From contig CAXHJY010000688.1 of NCBI GenBank assembly GCA_964016885.1, positions 34,562 through 98,561 of the forward strand: a stretch of DNA of 64,000 nucleotides, read 5' to 3'. Shown one piece after another: positions 24,305 through 37,588 of the stretch. The position numbers and the translations under genes were made by a program. Below the pieces are notes generated by a model. The model made no database searches, was not told the DNA's origin, and saw nothing but the letters and a program-made list of their open reading frames with translations. The first letter of the stretch is position 1. Each line of letters starts with the position of its first letter. Source of the stretch: Eledone cirrhosa. Taxonomy: Eukaryota.

Positions 24305-25669
24305 CGCCCTCACAGCTAAAACAGTGGAACAGTGGAAGTGTGGATATGAGAGTAACATGGCATGCTGGTTGTAGGCAAGAGATTGAGCAATAGGGGTGCA
24401 TATCATGGTGTTAGGATAATAGTGATGGCAACAGAGAAGTGCAATGATAAGTTGTAAATGACAGACTAAGTCACATGGTGATGAAAATGATGGTTATGTC
24501 ATTGGTATTGTGTAGAGAGATGGGAAGATGGATAAATGTCAATGAGTCACAATACATATAAACACACATACATGCATAAGATACATACATACATAAGATG
24601 CATATATACATACATACAATACACATGCATACATACATAAGGTGCACACACACATACCTAAGATACATATATACATACGCTACGTAACATACAAACATAA
24701 GATACACACATACCTAAGATACATACATACACACACACATACTCAAGATTCATATATAAAATACATACATAAGAGACATACACACACCAGATACACACAT
24801 ACAAGATACACACCAACACACAAGACACACAAACAATATACACACACACACAAGACACACACAAGACACACAAGACACACACAAGACACACACACTTTTA
24901 CTTGCTAAATGTAAAAATGCAGTAAATATTACACAATATATTATTCAGGTACTATCAAAATCAAAAGGTAGTATACCATGTACACTAGAATATATACTGA
25001 TATGAATATAAGCCAACCCCTCTATGTTATGGCTGAGAAATGGGCAAAAATCAAAACCCTATTTACATACAATTTGAAGTTGGTGAAAATTGTTAAAATG
25101 GTTATGTAGGTGACCTGAGGTCGTTGACATGTTGGCCTTGCTTCCAGGACAACCCCAGGCCATATGCATTCACACTGCCTATCTTGAGTGAGGTCATAAT
25201 CTATTAAGAGGAGAAAGATAAAATAGCACCCAGTACACACAGTAAATATGGTTGGCATTAGGTAGTGTATCTAGTCATAGAAACCATGCTAGAAACAGTT
25301 ATGTATGAGCAAGATATGGTCATCTGATCTGGTTTGTCTCACAGCAGGACAACTCCTCTAACACATGCTATCATGATGATGATTGACCACCAAATATAAG
25401 CTGAACCCACCAACCATCGATGTTTTGGTTACACATTCCTCCGTTTATATTTGAGTATATACAAAAAGTTTGATATTTTTGTAAAAGCACTAGACCTTAC
25501 AGAAGCTGTGATACTAATGCCTTTCCAATGGACACAAGTAATGAGAAATGAAAATGTTTGAACCAAGAATCAACACTAGCTTCATGATTGATTTTACTTT
25601 GACTTTATAACATTTATTTGTCACAATACATTATCATACAATATATTGATTTCCAACAAGGGGTGAAAA

Positions 25670-25995
25670 AGGGTAAAGGGTAAAGACCCCCTTTGGTCAC
25701 GAATGACCATGGGATTTGTCAAGGCACAAGTCCGGGCAACAAGTGTTTGTTGAAGACTAGCAATCACCCATACATACCAGCCTCCCTCTCCATGCCACCA
25801 ATGTGGTCCAAGGTTAAGGCAATGGCCGATACAGCTTGGCACCAGCGACATCACAGCACGTTTCTACAGCTGAATAAACTGGAGCAACTTAAAATAAAGA
25901 GACTTACTCAAGGACACAACACACAGCCAGGTCTGGGAATAAAACTCACAACCTCATGATTATAAGCCCAACTCTCTAACCACTAAGCTATACAC
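25670..25995 (-). mobile_element. Second tRNA-derived SINE family
   Basis: Minus strand TAGCTTAGTGGTTAGAG (A box) ... GTGAGTTTTATTCCC (B-box-like), followed by GTTGTGTCCTTGAGTAAG. Confidence 0.65.
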
Positions 25996-26711
25996 TTTCA
26001 GGGAGGAGGGGTGGGGGGTATAATCAATTAATTTGAACCCAGTATGACTGGTACTTTGTTGGATTTTTTTTACTTCAGAATGCAAAGATCTGTAGCAAAA
26101 CATCACAGGGTATTTTACCTGATGTGCTATTAATTCTGTCATCTCAATACCTTTATAATATATTGCCAAATATTTCAGACTAACAAATGTTTTACTCTTA
26201 AACATCAACAAGAATATACCATTTCTTGATATGTAAACCCAGAAAACCTAATTGGTTGTCAGCTTCCTCACTTCTCAACATTTGTTTTAAGAAACAATTT
26301 GGATTTTTAAAAAAATAAACATAGAATGTTAAGTTACTTTATATATATATATATATATATATATGAGATAATAAGATAAGTTCAAAGAATCATTAGATAA
26401 AATATATACAGTATTTCCTCTCCCAATCAGTATAAATCAACTACACAAAAAAATCATTTAAACGAGGCTATAAGTTTAAAATGTACTTATGAAGAAATAA
26501 TAGACAAATGATATAGCTTCTTTTCCGTGACTTACAGCTACAAAATATTTACCTAATATTCCTACTAGCCTGTAGAAATTGACTAGTTGCCAAAAACATA
26601 TATATGTATCTATGAATTTATATATACCCTTTAAATTTAATATATACCCATGCTAGCGTGTAAGATGGACGTTAAATGATGATGATGATATATATATATA
26701 TATATATATAT

Positions 26712-28030
26712 CAGCAAAACTATATGGAGGAGAAGGCAATACATTTAAAAACAAGATTTACTTCTTACACAGTGTTTCATCTAAAGTACCATTACAGGTC
26801 TATATATATGCATATCCATATATATTATTATAAAGCTCATGCACTTCAGAATCTTCAGAGAAGAAATTTTATTGTCTTTAATGATGTTGCTGGAGGAAAG
26901 TCCAATCTGTATAACAGCAAAACGAATTTATCATTTAATGGTATAATTAATCCTTCAGATGAATGCTTAGAGACAAATATACATCGGCGTTCATACCTTG
27001 ATCTGTAATACGTTTAAACGGAGAACAAACTTATTTATCTAAAATGGAGGCTATAAAGGGGCATAATTATCTAAGTGCAATAACTGTGGTATATTTAAAA
27101 AAAAATTAATTATAACTTGCCAAAGTTAAGTGACATTGAGAGTAGATGTTAGGTGGTGTGTTGGGGGCCAAGGTGGTGTGTTGGGGGCCAAGGGGGCCAA
27201 GGTCTTTAATTAAGTCATCAATTATAAGCTGCAGTGGTCTAGCATTTATTAAGGTGGGGAAGAGGGAAAGGAGAAAAATACTTTTTAAAAAAAATTTTAG
27301 ATATCCTAACTACTCTATAGAAAATAGCTAATAGGGTTGAGGGAGGAAATTGAGGCTGAACATTTTAGATGGCTATATGAGATCATAGGCTCTGTTAGAG
27401 AAACAGTAGGGAAGCCTGTGTGAGCAATTGATTACTGCTTCGGCTCTACTGTTAATAAGTGTAGGTGCGGAGCTTGTCATATAATATGCCCCATCAGACA
27501 CAAATTACATTTCTTCTTAAAGTTATAAGAGGCTGCCCTCTCTATTATACTCCATTGGGTTGTGTAACTAGTGTTGGAATCTATTAATTGAGTAATATAG
27601 TTTGTGAGAGAAGTTGAGAACTTGAGTTTTCTATTTTTAAACGAATGGAGATGAGATCTAAATCCAGTTTTGAATTCATTAGAGGTAGCTCCTATGGACG
27701 ATTTAATATTATTATCTGTAGTGACTGTGCACTAATAGATTACATTACTAACTAGGCAATGACCCTGAAGTGGACAGTTTCTAGGGGTACTATAATTACA
27801 GTTCTTGTGGTTATTTTTTACTATTGTATTCTGTCAATCATTTAAGCTATGGTTATTTACATCAAATCACGTGCTAGTATTATGCATGTTAGCGTTATAA
27901 TCATTGCCACAATGGCCACCATCATAACCATCACTAATAGTAAAGGAATCAATATTACTATTATCATTAATACCGCCATAATAATTACTATTAATTACAA
28001 TAACTATTACAATACCATTATTACAATAAC
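26712..28030 (-). mobile_element. 5'-truncated degenerate Naiad-type PLE (GIY-YIG remnant ~27390-27800)
   Basis: NCPLQGHCLVSNVIY*C..SIGATSNEFK..HLHSF..TSL..WSIIERAASY..CNLCL..LINSRAE..CSH. HHR near the 3' end; (TA)n on both sides. Confidence 0.82.
26761..26864 (-). ncRNA. Type I hammerhead ribozyme with enlarged stem II
   Basis: CTTCT-CTGAAGA-tTCTGAAGTGC...GTACTTTAGAt-GAAA-CACtGTG-TA-AGAAG. Confidence 0.75.
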
Positions 28031-28098
28031 TATATATATATATAAGTATAATAAAATAACAGGAGGCTGGAGTTGTGTAAATCCTTGAAAGGTTTATT

Positions 28099-28156
28099 AT
28101 ACTATGATCATTTCAATGACCGGGTTCCGTATGAATCCGGTGATATCATCAGGTAT
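28099..28156 (-). ncRNA. Type I hammerhead ribozyme (inverted copy)
   Basis: Mirror of 28322-28379, with ACCGG/CCGGT pairing in stem II. Confidence 0.85.
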
Positions 28157-28321
28157 TCGAAATATAATAAATGCATGTAACAGATAAAATCCATGGGGCT
28201 GAAAATCATAGACTCGAGGACCGCTGGCTAAAGTGGAAGATGCTAGATGGTCGGTTGTCCTCAAGTCTATGATTTTCAGCCCCATGGATTTTATCTGTTA
28301 CATGCATTTATTATATTTCGA

Positions 28322-28379
28322 ATACCTGATGATATCACCAGATTCATACGGAACCCGGTCATTGAAATGATCATAGTAT
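28322..28379 (+). ncRNA. Type I hammerhead ribozyme
   Basis: ATAC-CTGATGA-stem II-GAAA-TGATCA-TA-GTAT; palindromic stem III. Confidence 0.85.
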
Positions 28380-28570
28380 AATAAACCTTTCAAGGATTTA
28401 CACAAGTCCAGCCTCCTGTTATTTTATTATAATATTTATCTCCGTACTCGCACCACCAACTACACAAACGAAGACGGTTGAGCTGCTTTACGTTGAGTAC
28501 TCCCCATATTATTACATCAAGATTGACCATACGGAATGACCAGCTCTATCCAGTGGTGAACCTTCAAACC

Positions 28571-28611
<41 letters not shown>

Positions 28612-28619
28612 CTAAATTA

Positions 28620-28942
28620 ACTCCGAGATCAGAGTCACTCCAGGTAGAGCCACTACTATGAATAGAGAGATCACAGCTTCCGCTACTATGGGCATGTGGT
28701 TAGAATGTCTCAGGAAAGAATCGTTGAACAGATTTTTCAAGAAAAACCAAACCAACCGGCAGGAGACCCAGGAGTAGCCCCTCAGCAAGATGGTTGGATA
28801 ACATCTATGAGCTTGGCTGGTCTCACTTATGGAACAAGCTAGATCAGTTGGAGATGGTTGCTTCTGACAGGACCCACCGGAACGAGTATTTGAAGACTGC
28901 CACCACAACCCTCTCAGGAATAAGTGGGCTAAGAAGAAGAAG
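28620..28942 (+). mobile_element. Degenerate LINE 3' end (RTE-like) with (AAG)n tail
   Basis: RRPR.RP..RWLDNI motif; similar copies at ~33390-33600 and 40570-40790. Confidence 0.6.
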
Positions 28943-29329
28943 ACTAAATTCGCAAAAGGATTAGTATAATCTATCATTTAAAAATTCATATATAATAATG
29001 AATATTCATATATAATAATGAATATTCTTGAAGTTCATCTAATCCATGAAGTCTGTAATACAATGATCTAAATAATCTAACTATCAACTGTAAGAAGTAT
29101 GTATTTTACCAAAGATTTTAAATACTTTCTAATTTTGAAGTAACACATGTTTGTTCTCAAATGTTGCAACTGGCACAGTTTAGACCAATAAATTATTCTC
29201 TCTTGTTACTTTGCTTCTGGTTATCGTTTCTTACTATTTAGGGATTCTGATTTAAATACTGTATATACTCGAATATAAGCTGACCCCTATTTTATATCTG
29301 AGAAATGGGCAAAAATCTAAACCCCGTTT

Positions 29330-29670
29330 ATAAACTGGAGAGAAAGGCAGAGCTTGGACAAGCTGAGAGAAATGCTGGGTTTAAGAGGAATCTGTAGTGG
29401 TGTACAGGAGAGAATACTCAGTTAGTATGGGCATGTGATGCGTATGGATGATGAACAATGGGTGAAGAAGTGCCAGGAAATGCCAGTGGAAAGAAGCTGC
29501 AGTAGAGGTAGACCAAGAATGACCTGCGCAGGGTTGGTGAGAGCTGACCTCAAATCACTGAGACTGAGAGGAGATGACAAAGGAACATGACAAGTGGACA
29601 GATGCAGAGAAGGACCAATCCAACCTATGCAAGCTCAGAAAAATGGACATAAAAACGATGATGATGATGA
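29330..29670 (+). mobile_element. Degenerate RTE 3' fragment
   Basis: YGHVMRMDDEQWVKKCQEMPVE..RGRPR and (GAT)n tail; similar pieces at ~33860-34105 and 36570-37225. Confidence 0.75.
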
Positions 29671-30012
29671 GCCAGCTAATCAACATATTTTACGGGGTCG
29701 ATAAAATAAAAAAAACCAGTAACGCACCAGTGGCCTTGTACCTAAATCAGAAACCATTATCATTTAGCAGAATAGAGTTATGGCCTTTCTCAGTTCAAAT
29801 CCTGCCAAAGTTAGCTTTGCCTTTCATCCTTATGGAGTTGATAAAATAAAGTACCAGTAACACCCTGGGGTTGATTTAATAGATCTTCCCCTCCCCAAAA
29901 ATTGTTGGCCTTGTGCCTAAGTCAGAAACCATTATTTAGCTGAATCAATGCATTCATCCACAAATTCCGCTCATAAATTTAATTTTATATTCAAGTGTAC
30001 AAATAGATTTAA

Positions 30013-30232
30013 TCCTTTAGCATTTACATTACTCTATATATACTATTGTATTTGTGTGGCAAAGGCTTTAATCTTACATAATTATCTCACATGATATCGA
30101 ATCTGAGATTTTGATGTTATTTATTTTGAGAACAATACCTTAAGATTAGTATGAGCTGCCAGTTACGGCTGGTTTGAATAGAAGGAGATGAGAGAATTCT
30201 GGCCAGATACAGCCGGTTTAAATGCTAAAAGG
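30013..30232. mobile_element. piggyBac-type MITE
   Basis: TTAA flanks and TIR (C)CCTTTAGCATTTA; opposite orientation to 30994-31210. Confidence 0.75.
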
Positions 30233-30993
30233 TTAAAATTCCATCGATCACCTGAGATTCACATAGCGCAATCAAAGCATGGCCAATGGAGACTAAAATA
30301 GAAAGTTACAATCTTTTTTTATAAAAGCTAATTAAGAGAACATTTCAGAATTCCAGTTTATACTTTTTATCAAAATACTTTTTACCCCTCTTGCGTGCAC
30401 GCACACATGCATGCATACACTCACACACACTTCTTTCATGTTAGTAAGAATGGGACGGAATTATTCCTATCAGAATGTTTCCAAGCATTCCATTACATTT
30501 TACAAATATGATGTTCATAATAATTACATAATGAACATCCAGATTATATGAGATCAGTCTTTATCCTACACAGTCGGTATATGTCCATAAAATCCTGCTT
30601 CTGTGTCTTCAAGTTTAGTTAAGATAGTTAAATATAAAGATAAAGTAAAATACTTAACTTACACAATAACATTACAAGATGCAATGAGCCATATTAATGC
30701 TCTCTAGATGAATTAACATGAAAAACTTCAATGAAAACTGAAAACATTTCTTATCTGACATTTGTTTAAAATAATTTTTCAGAAAAACTATTTAACTCAT
30801 AACATCCTGTACAGAATGAAGTCGCATTAGTAAGGCATTCTTGAAAAGTATCAAATACACTATTTCAATTAGTTAAGGAAGAATTTTGAGGGATTTACTA
30901 AAATGTTCAATCGTTTCATTACTAATTAACTTAATGTAAGGTTCTTATATAAGATTATGTTGGAAGATTATAATTTAAATTCAAAACCTTTAA

Positions 30994-31210
30994 CCCTTTA
31001 GCATTTAAACCAGCCATATCCGACCAGAATTCTCTCACCTCTTTCTGTTCAAACCAGCGATAACTGGCCACACATACTGACATTACGGTATTGTTCTCAA
31101 GATAAATAATAAAATCTCATAGATTCCATATTATGTGAAATAATTATGTGTGGTAAAGCCTTACCATGAAAATATAATAGTAAATATAGAGTAATGTAAA
31201 TGCTAAAGGG
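30994..31210. mobile_element. piggyBac-type MITE
   Basis: TTAA|CCCTTTAGCATTTA ... TAAATGCTAAAGGG|TTAA: perfect TIR and TTAA TSD. Confidence 0.85.
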
Positions 31211-34200
31211 TTAAAATGGGTGGCTTTATTTCATAGAATCAGAGTCAGTTTTTTTATATTTTTTATATTTTCTGCTAAATCATTACAAGCAACATGCTCC
31301 ACTCTTTGCAAGGAAGGGAGGGGGGGGGTACTTTATTCTTTACTATTTCATAACAAAAACATTAACAATAAAATTCAACAGTAGAATCATACTTATTATA
31401 TTTAGTATTTACGTTTTAGTTATGAAGATAGATGATAAAAAATCATAGAATTTAAATCCCAAACATAGCATGGAAAAATGGATGTTAAATGGTGATGATA
31501 TTTCAATCTAAAGTGATTTTGAGTTAATATAAAAAAATAAAAGCAAAATGTTTAACCAAAAGAAATGTTGAATTTAGCATTTTTCTTATTTCTTTTATAA
31601 GTAATTAAATATTTTTCTTTCAATTCATTTGTTTTTCCTTTTTATTTATTATTTATTTTTTCCCTTTTCTATTTTTGTATTTCAGCTTTTTATTTTCTCT
31701 TCTAGAAGAAATGTCAACAGATAATGAATTTAATAACAGAAGCAGTGAAATGCTTCCCCTCGGTTAATAATAAGGACATACAAGAGATAATAACTTTGAA
31801 ATGTAAAGTAAAATCACTACAATGGGTCAAGATAATATGTTGCATGTTGTGTCTCAAGAATCCTAATTATCAAAAAGTTTAAATGTTGCGTTGTTATTTG
31901 GAAAACCATTTCATTCATGAGTCACAATGATGCTTATGCAATAGATAAGGAAAATAAACAGGTTGTTGCTTCAGTATTAAGTAGATCAAAAGATGAGACA
32001 AATAGTTTGGGAGGGGGCAATTTTCTTTTCATTCTTTTGGTTAACAAAACTAAAAAATGAAATAGAATCTATCTGTAATTTCTAAAGGTATCATGAACCC
32101 TTCAGCTTTAATGTTTTTATAACACTTCAGATTCACTTCATCAGCACCTGCATAAAAATATAGCTCTCACCCTCTATCTATCCCCTAGCCAATCACCTAG
32201 CCATTTGTCTATTCCCTAGCCTAGCCATTAGCCTATCAATTGGTCTATCCATTGGTCTACATCTCAAGAAAATCTTCATTTACATACACAACATTGAATG
32301 TCATTTAGAAATAGACAAATTAGAACATGTTCAAGGTTACTATTATGTAGAACAAGCTGAGCCTGTGGAAATTCCATGGTTGTTGACAACTAAGACACAG
32401 TAATTACTCTGACATATATTTGTTGAAATAATTTATCACCTCTGGCTGAATAGATGAGAAGAAAAATGAATTACTTTATTTTGCCTCAACACCTAATAAT
32501 TGATATCTAATTTAAGCCCAAGGCCAACAAATTTAGAGGAGGGAAATATAAATCAACCCTGTGATTGTTACTTTATGATATCAACCCCAGAAGGATGAAA
32601 GGCAAAGTTGACCTGAGTAAAATTTTAACTCAATTGTAAAGAGTCAGAATAGATACCTCAATGGCACTTTAATCAACGCTTTACCAATTCTGCCAATCGA
32701 CCACCCTTCAACATTTGATAACAATCATTACACAATTATATCAGGTAAATATTATACCAATGTATCATTATCAAAAATTATATCAATGTAATACTTCTTT
32801 TAGTGTTACTTGTGCTTTGTTTTCTTTGATTATTACTGGTACTTTATTTTATTGACCTTGTAAGGATGAAAGGCAAAGCTAACCATTGGTGGGACTTGAA
32901 CTCAGTGTAAAGAGATGGAACTATAGGCCACAAAGTATGGTGTCTGACGATCTACTGATATTGCCAATCCACTGCCCTTAACATTAACTGAATATTAAGA
33001 AAATTAGTTACATTACAAAAATCTTCCAAATTCATAGTTATATTCAAAATGATTTTGAAAGTTAAAGTTTAAATCCCACCGATGTTAGCTTTGTGGGGTC
33101 GATAAAATAAAGTACCAGAAATGCACTGGGGTCAATTTAATCAACTTTCCCTTTCCTTCAAATTGCTGGCCTTGTGCCAAAAGTAGAAACAATACTAAGT
33201 TAATGTTTCAAATAAACTTAAAATTTCTTACTTAAAATTATGATGGAAGGTTTTTAGATAAATATAAAAATCTTATAGTAAACAGTTTTGTATTGTAAAA
33301 ACTGGGGTAGTTTCAGGCAGTTTGGTATCAAAAGGGTTAAATGAATGTATATGAAGACAAGGATATAAAAAAATACTGATAACTGCATGTCAGGATGGTT
33401 TAGACATGAAATTCAACAGGGAGATTTTTTTGGTAAAACCCTGAGCAAGATGGTTAGATAAGATGCATGAGCTCAGCTGGTCTCACTTGGGTATCCAGCC
33501 AGATCAATTGGAAACGGATGCTTCTGACAGGACCTGCTGGAGGGCATGCTTGAGGACACTACCTCCACAACCCACCCAGGAATAATTGGGCAAAGAAGAA
33601 TTAAAACAAAATGTAAGTTTGGTGCTTATAACATAATGAAGCAGCTCTATATCTGTATAAAAGATGCAGATGTCATTTCTCTGATGAAAATAGTTATCTA
33701 TAAAGCATGTAGCTCGTATTAAGGTATTCTTTAGATTGATGTGCAACATTGAAGTAAAAATATCTAAAAAACAGCTGAAATCATAGAAATGAAAGGTAGT
33801 TGGAAAATATATAACTTGCTATATACTGTTCTGCAAAGGGATCTGAAGCAATGTGCAAGAGAGAAGACTGCATTGGTACAGACATGGCTGATGATTGCTG
33901 GATGAAAAAGTGCCCAGAAATACCAGTGGAAGAAAGCTGTGATAGAAATATACCAAGGATGATCTGGGCAGAGGAAGTGAGAACTGATCTCAAGTTGCTG
34001 AGACTCAGAGGAGATGATGAAAGAATGCAGCATGTGGAGAGATGCTGAAAGGGACCCATCCAACCCATGCAAGCATAAAAAAATGGACGTAAAAATAATG
34101 ATGATAAGAACAGACAAGAAGCCAGTAGAAAAAGTCATTAATATGTCAACAATATTCTGAGATGTTTTTAATAGAATTTGTAGTGTTTTTTTTAAACTAG

Positions 34201-35057
34201 TATACAGTAAATAAAGGTAGATTAAAAGATCCACTAGGTAAGGCCTGTGACTTACAATGGAATTAATCTAAGACAGAGCTAGCTGGAGAGAAAATATTGC
34301 AAATTCAAACCAATTTAAAATCTTAGAAATGAACATAAGACTATGATAAAATGACACGATGTTAAGAATAGATGATTAAGAAATAAGATGGTTATCAGAC
34401 AAAGCAAATCAAGATTCTCACGACTCAGTATTATAGTACGATTTTGGCTGACAGCATATATTTGAATATATTTCATGTCTCCATATAGAAATTCTTATAT
34501 TCATCTGTATTCTTTTTTGTTTTCTTGTCTACTGAATTTTATGGTAAAGTGCATTGATAACAAAGTTTTTGATTTCAAAAGAAATAGATATTTGAGTTAG
34601 CATTCAGTTTAATGTACTCTCTCACAAACAAAAATGTTGGCATTATCTATAGAAATAATGGGATTCCCAACACTTAGCTAACACTATCTTCTCTATTTCA
34701 ACATAATAGTTTGATACATACAACTAGCCATTATATAATATTCCTGATTTTCATAGTGCAACAAAGTACCAGCTTGAATATTGCTGTAAACCAGATGTTG
34801 TTGTTTACAGTAGGGACTTGGCATTTCAGACAAGATGTCAAGCTAAACAGATAATAGCAAACAATATGGCTTCATCCTTAGCATCCCAGTGAGAGATTTC
34901 AGTAGAGAGGAGAAGTGGGGAAGCTGTTGTGACACATAATGTTCAAAAACTCTTGACACATGCTGTTTATGAGTCCTTAATAAACATTTACTTTTTCTTT
35001 TCCTTTTCATCAAAATATAAGTTGAAGATGTTAAAAAGTATAGTGTAAGCAGCTTAC

Positions 35058-35263
35058 TTCCTGATGTCGGACGACCTACTCACCGAGTTCCAACAGGATC
35101 AGTCGAGCAACAAAATAGTCCCTTTGCATAACTCAACATGGAATACTGTTAATTGTGCAAGGTTAGCAGTCTTAGAACCACCAGCCTCATCTCCAATATC
35201 AACAATATTTAAAGTAAATCAGACAAGATATATTCCCTCTGTTTAAAAAGCCAGATAGACAAG
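35058..35263 (-). other. Candidate non-coding / 5'-UTR exon of a host gene
   Basis: Minus strand TTTTCCTAG acceptor and GAA|GTAAG donor; unique-looking, CpG-containing sequence; stops in all three frames. Confidence 0.35.
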
Positions 35264-35731
35264 CTAGGAAAATTATAGCACCCACTCCCACATCCACCTA
35301 AAAAATGTAGACATTTGAGGATCATTTTTTTTTTCTTTTCATATAAATACCAAAAGAATTAGAGCTTCATTTTTAGTCCATCTGTATATATCAAATGAAT
35401 TTAGGATATTTGGGGGTTACATGCTTTCCATCAAAAGCCATCTTCTAAGATGAAAGAAGTAAAATATCTAGATATCACAAACATGTCTTACTCTTGAGTC
35501 TTAATTTCTTTAATCAAAACAATACTACATAACTATTATAATCATTGACCCAGTTGTTGATGAGTAAAAATGTTGAGAACATTTGATACACATATTTGTT
35601 AGTTGGAAACGATGTATCTAACAGAGAAAACATCTGTTTTCCAATTTTATGAAATAAATATCATATAAATTGAATTTTTCTATCAACTAGGTGTCAGGTT
35701 TGTCTTGTAAAATCCCAGGGAATTACAAGGC

Positions 35732-35885
35732 TGGTGCAGAATGCTAGTTTTATAATATGCAGACAAATGGTGCTTAATGCTAGTTTTAAGGTTACATGTA
35801 GATAAATGGTGCAGAATGTCAGTTTTAAGGCTACATGTAGACAAATGGTGCTTAATGTCAGTTTTAAGGGTACATGTAGACAAAA
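35732..35885. repeat. ~39-bp degenerate tandem repeat, ~4 copies
   Basis: Unit AGACAAATGGTGCTTAATGTCAGTTTTAAGGCTACATGT. Confidence 0.8.
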
Positions 35886-37399
35886 GATAATCATTAATGA
35901 ATGTTAACTAAGAAGAAAGAATGTCCTTGGTCCCCACAGCTGATTTCCTCTATAAAGTTGGAAAAACGGTGGCTCACTTGAGGAAGGAACCTCATGGGAT
36001 TTCAGTGTCTATCTCTGATAATCCAGCAACTTTTTCCTTTTTCCATAACCGTAATGACTTCTTTAACCATATAACTGTCAACTTCAATAGCTGGTCCCTC
36101 TGTTGGGTTTACTGGGAGCAGTCCATCTTCTCACTAATTCTCCACATACAGCAACCACTCATGCTAACATTCCCAAGCCTCTTTCTTCTGTGCATTGGTG
36201 CAGCTAAGTGCACTAGTGTTATTCTGATTCCCCAACATCTTGATTCCCACTTTACAATGTGAAGCACCTCACATCTCTGATCATCATGCCACAGAATATT
36301 GTTAAACCTCTGGCTTTCAGTTTCTCTCCATGCTATGAAAACTTGCCATCTAGCCCCTTTTCTAGCTCCATTCTTCCAGTCTTACTATGCTAGTCTCTTA
36401 GCTTTTATATTTCCACCTACAGTACTATACTACAACCAAGTCTGAAGAGGTTAATCTGATTGTATCCTTGATCCAACTAGATCAGTAATCTTCAACAGGT
36501 TATCACGTAGAATCTTCAAGTTGTCAGCAATATCATAGACATTACATAAAACATGAAATTCTAGATATGTAAAAACAGAATTAACAGGCTTCAGTATAAA
36601 CTTAGCAAAGGTGAAAGTCTTACTTACTAAGTAGGAAAGCAGACAAGATCATGCTATCATATTGGAAATGGCCAAGTGCAATTTGCAGGTGGGTGATTTG
36701 AAAACATAGTAGTCAGAAAAGGGTAGAAAAAATTCAGGGAACTATTTCTTCTGCTGGTAACAAAAGGATTCTTTTTCTATATAAAGGGTAGATTATCTGA
36801 TATCTGCTTCATAGTGGGATGTTGCATGGGAGTTGTTGGGTGCAGAAGATTGCACAATGATTAAAAAGAAATGAGGCTATTATGCTCTACTGGATGAGTA
36901 ATTTTAGTGTGCAAAAATGACAATGTACAAATGAGTTTAAGGAAAAACTGGGCATTAGAGGAATCAGATGTAGTGAGTAAAAGATAAGACTGTACTCGAA
37001 CATATGTGATGTGTATGGATAATGATTGTAAGGTGAAAAAGCCAGGAGCTCCAAGTAAACAGTAGCTACAGTAGAGAAATACCAAGGAAAAAATTTGGTA
37101 CAAGTGGTGAAGTTGTTCTCAGAACACTGAGTCTCATGGAGAAAGTGACAAAGGAACAACACTGTGCTGGAGAAGTCTCATCCAACCCATGCAAGCATGG
37201 ACAAGTTGACATAAATGGTGATGAACTTTCATCATCACCATTATTAATAACATTTCTAAAAATTTCTTTTTCAGTTTAATTTGTATATAAAGTTTCACAC
37301 AAACAACTAATTACTTCCAATTTTATGGAACAAATATCATATAAATTGAATTATTCTATCAATTGGGTGTCAGTTACATTTCAATTAGTTGGTGAGTAT

Positions 37400-37588
37400 T
37401 TGCAAGGAATTAGAGTGGGTATTATTGTAGGGAATTAGAGAGAGGGTACTATTGCAAGGAATTAGAGAGAGGGTACTATGTGGAAAGAATTAGAGAGGGT
37501 ACTATGTGGAAATAATTAGAGAGGGTACTATGTGGAAAGAATTAGAGAGAGGGTACTATTGCAGGGAATTAGAGAGAGTGTGTACTAT
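37400..37588. repeat. ~26-29 bp tandem repeat, ~7 copies
   Basis: Unit GAATTAGAGAGAGGGTACTATTGCAAG / ...TATGTGGAAA. Confidence 0.85.

Larger units (their letters stand above)
28044..28573 (+). mobile_element. Palindromic PLE-end insertion, family F, with two HHRs
   Basis: Arms ~28047-28221 / 28257-28431, a tail to 28573, and (TA)n on both sides. Confidence 0.85.

Noticed and set aside
31620-31770. Polypyrimidine tract + AG followed by short ORF MSTDNEF...
   Set aside because: Only 18 codons, with no recognisable homology or convincing donor site.
35057-35100. CTGATGT hammerhead-like start on the + strand
   Set aside because: Core mismatch and no downstream GAAA/stem III.
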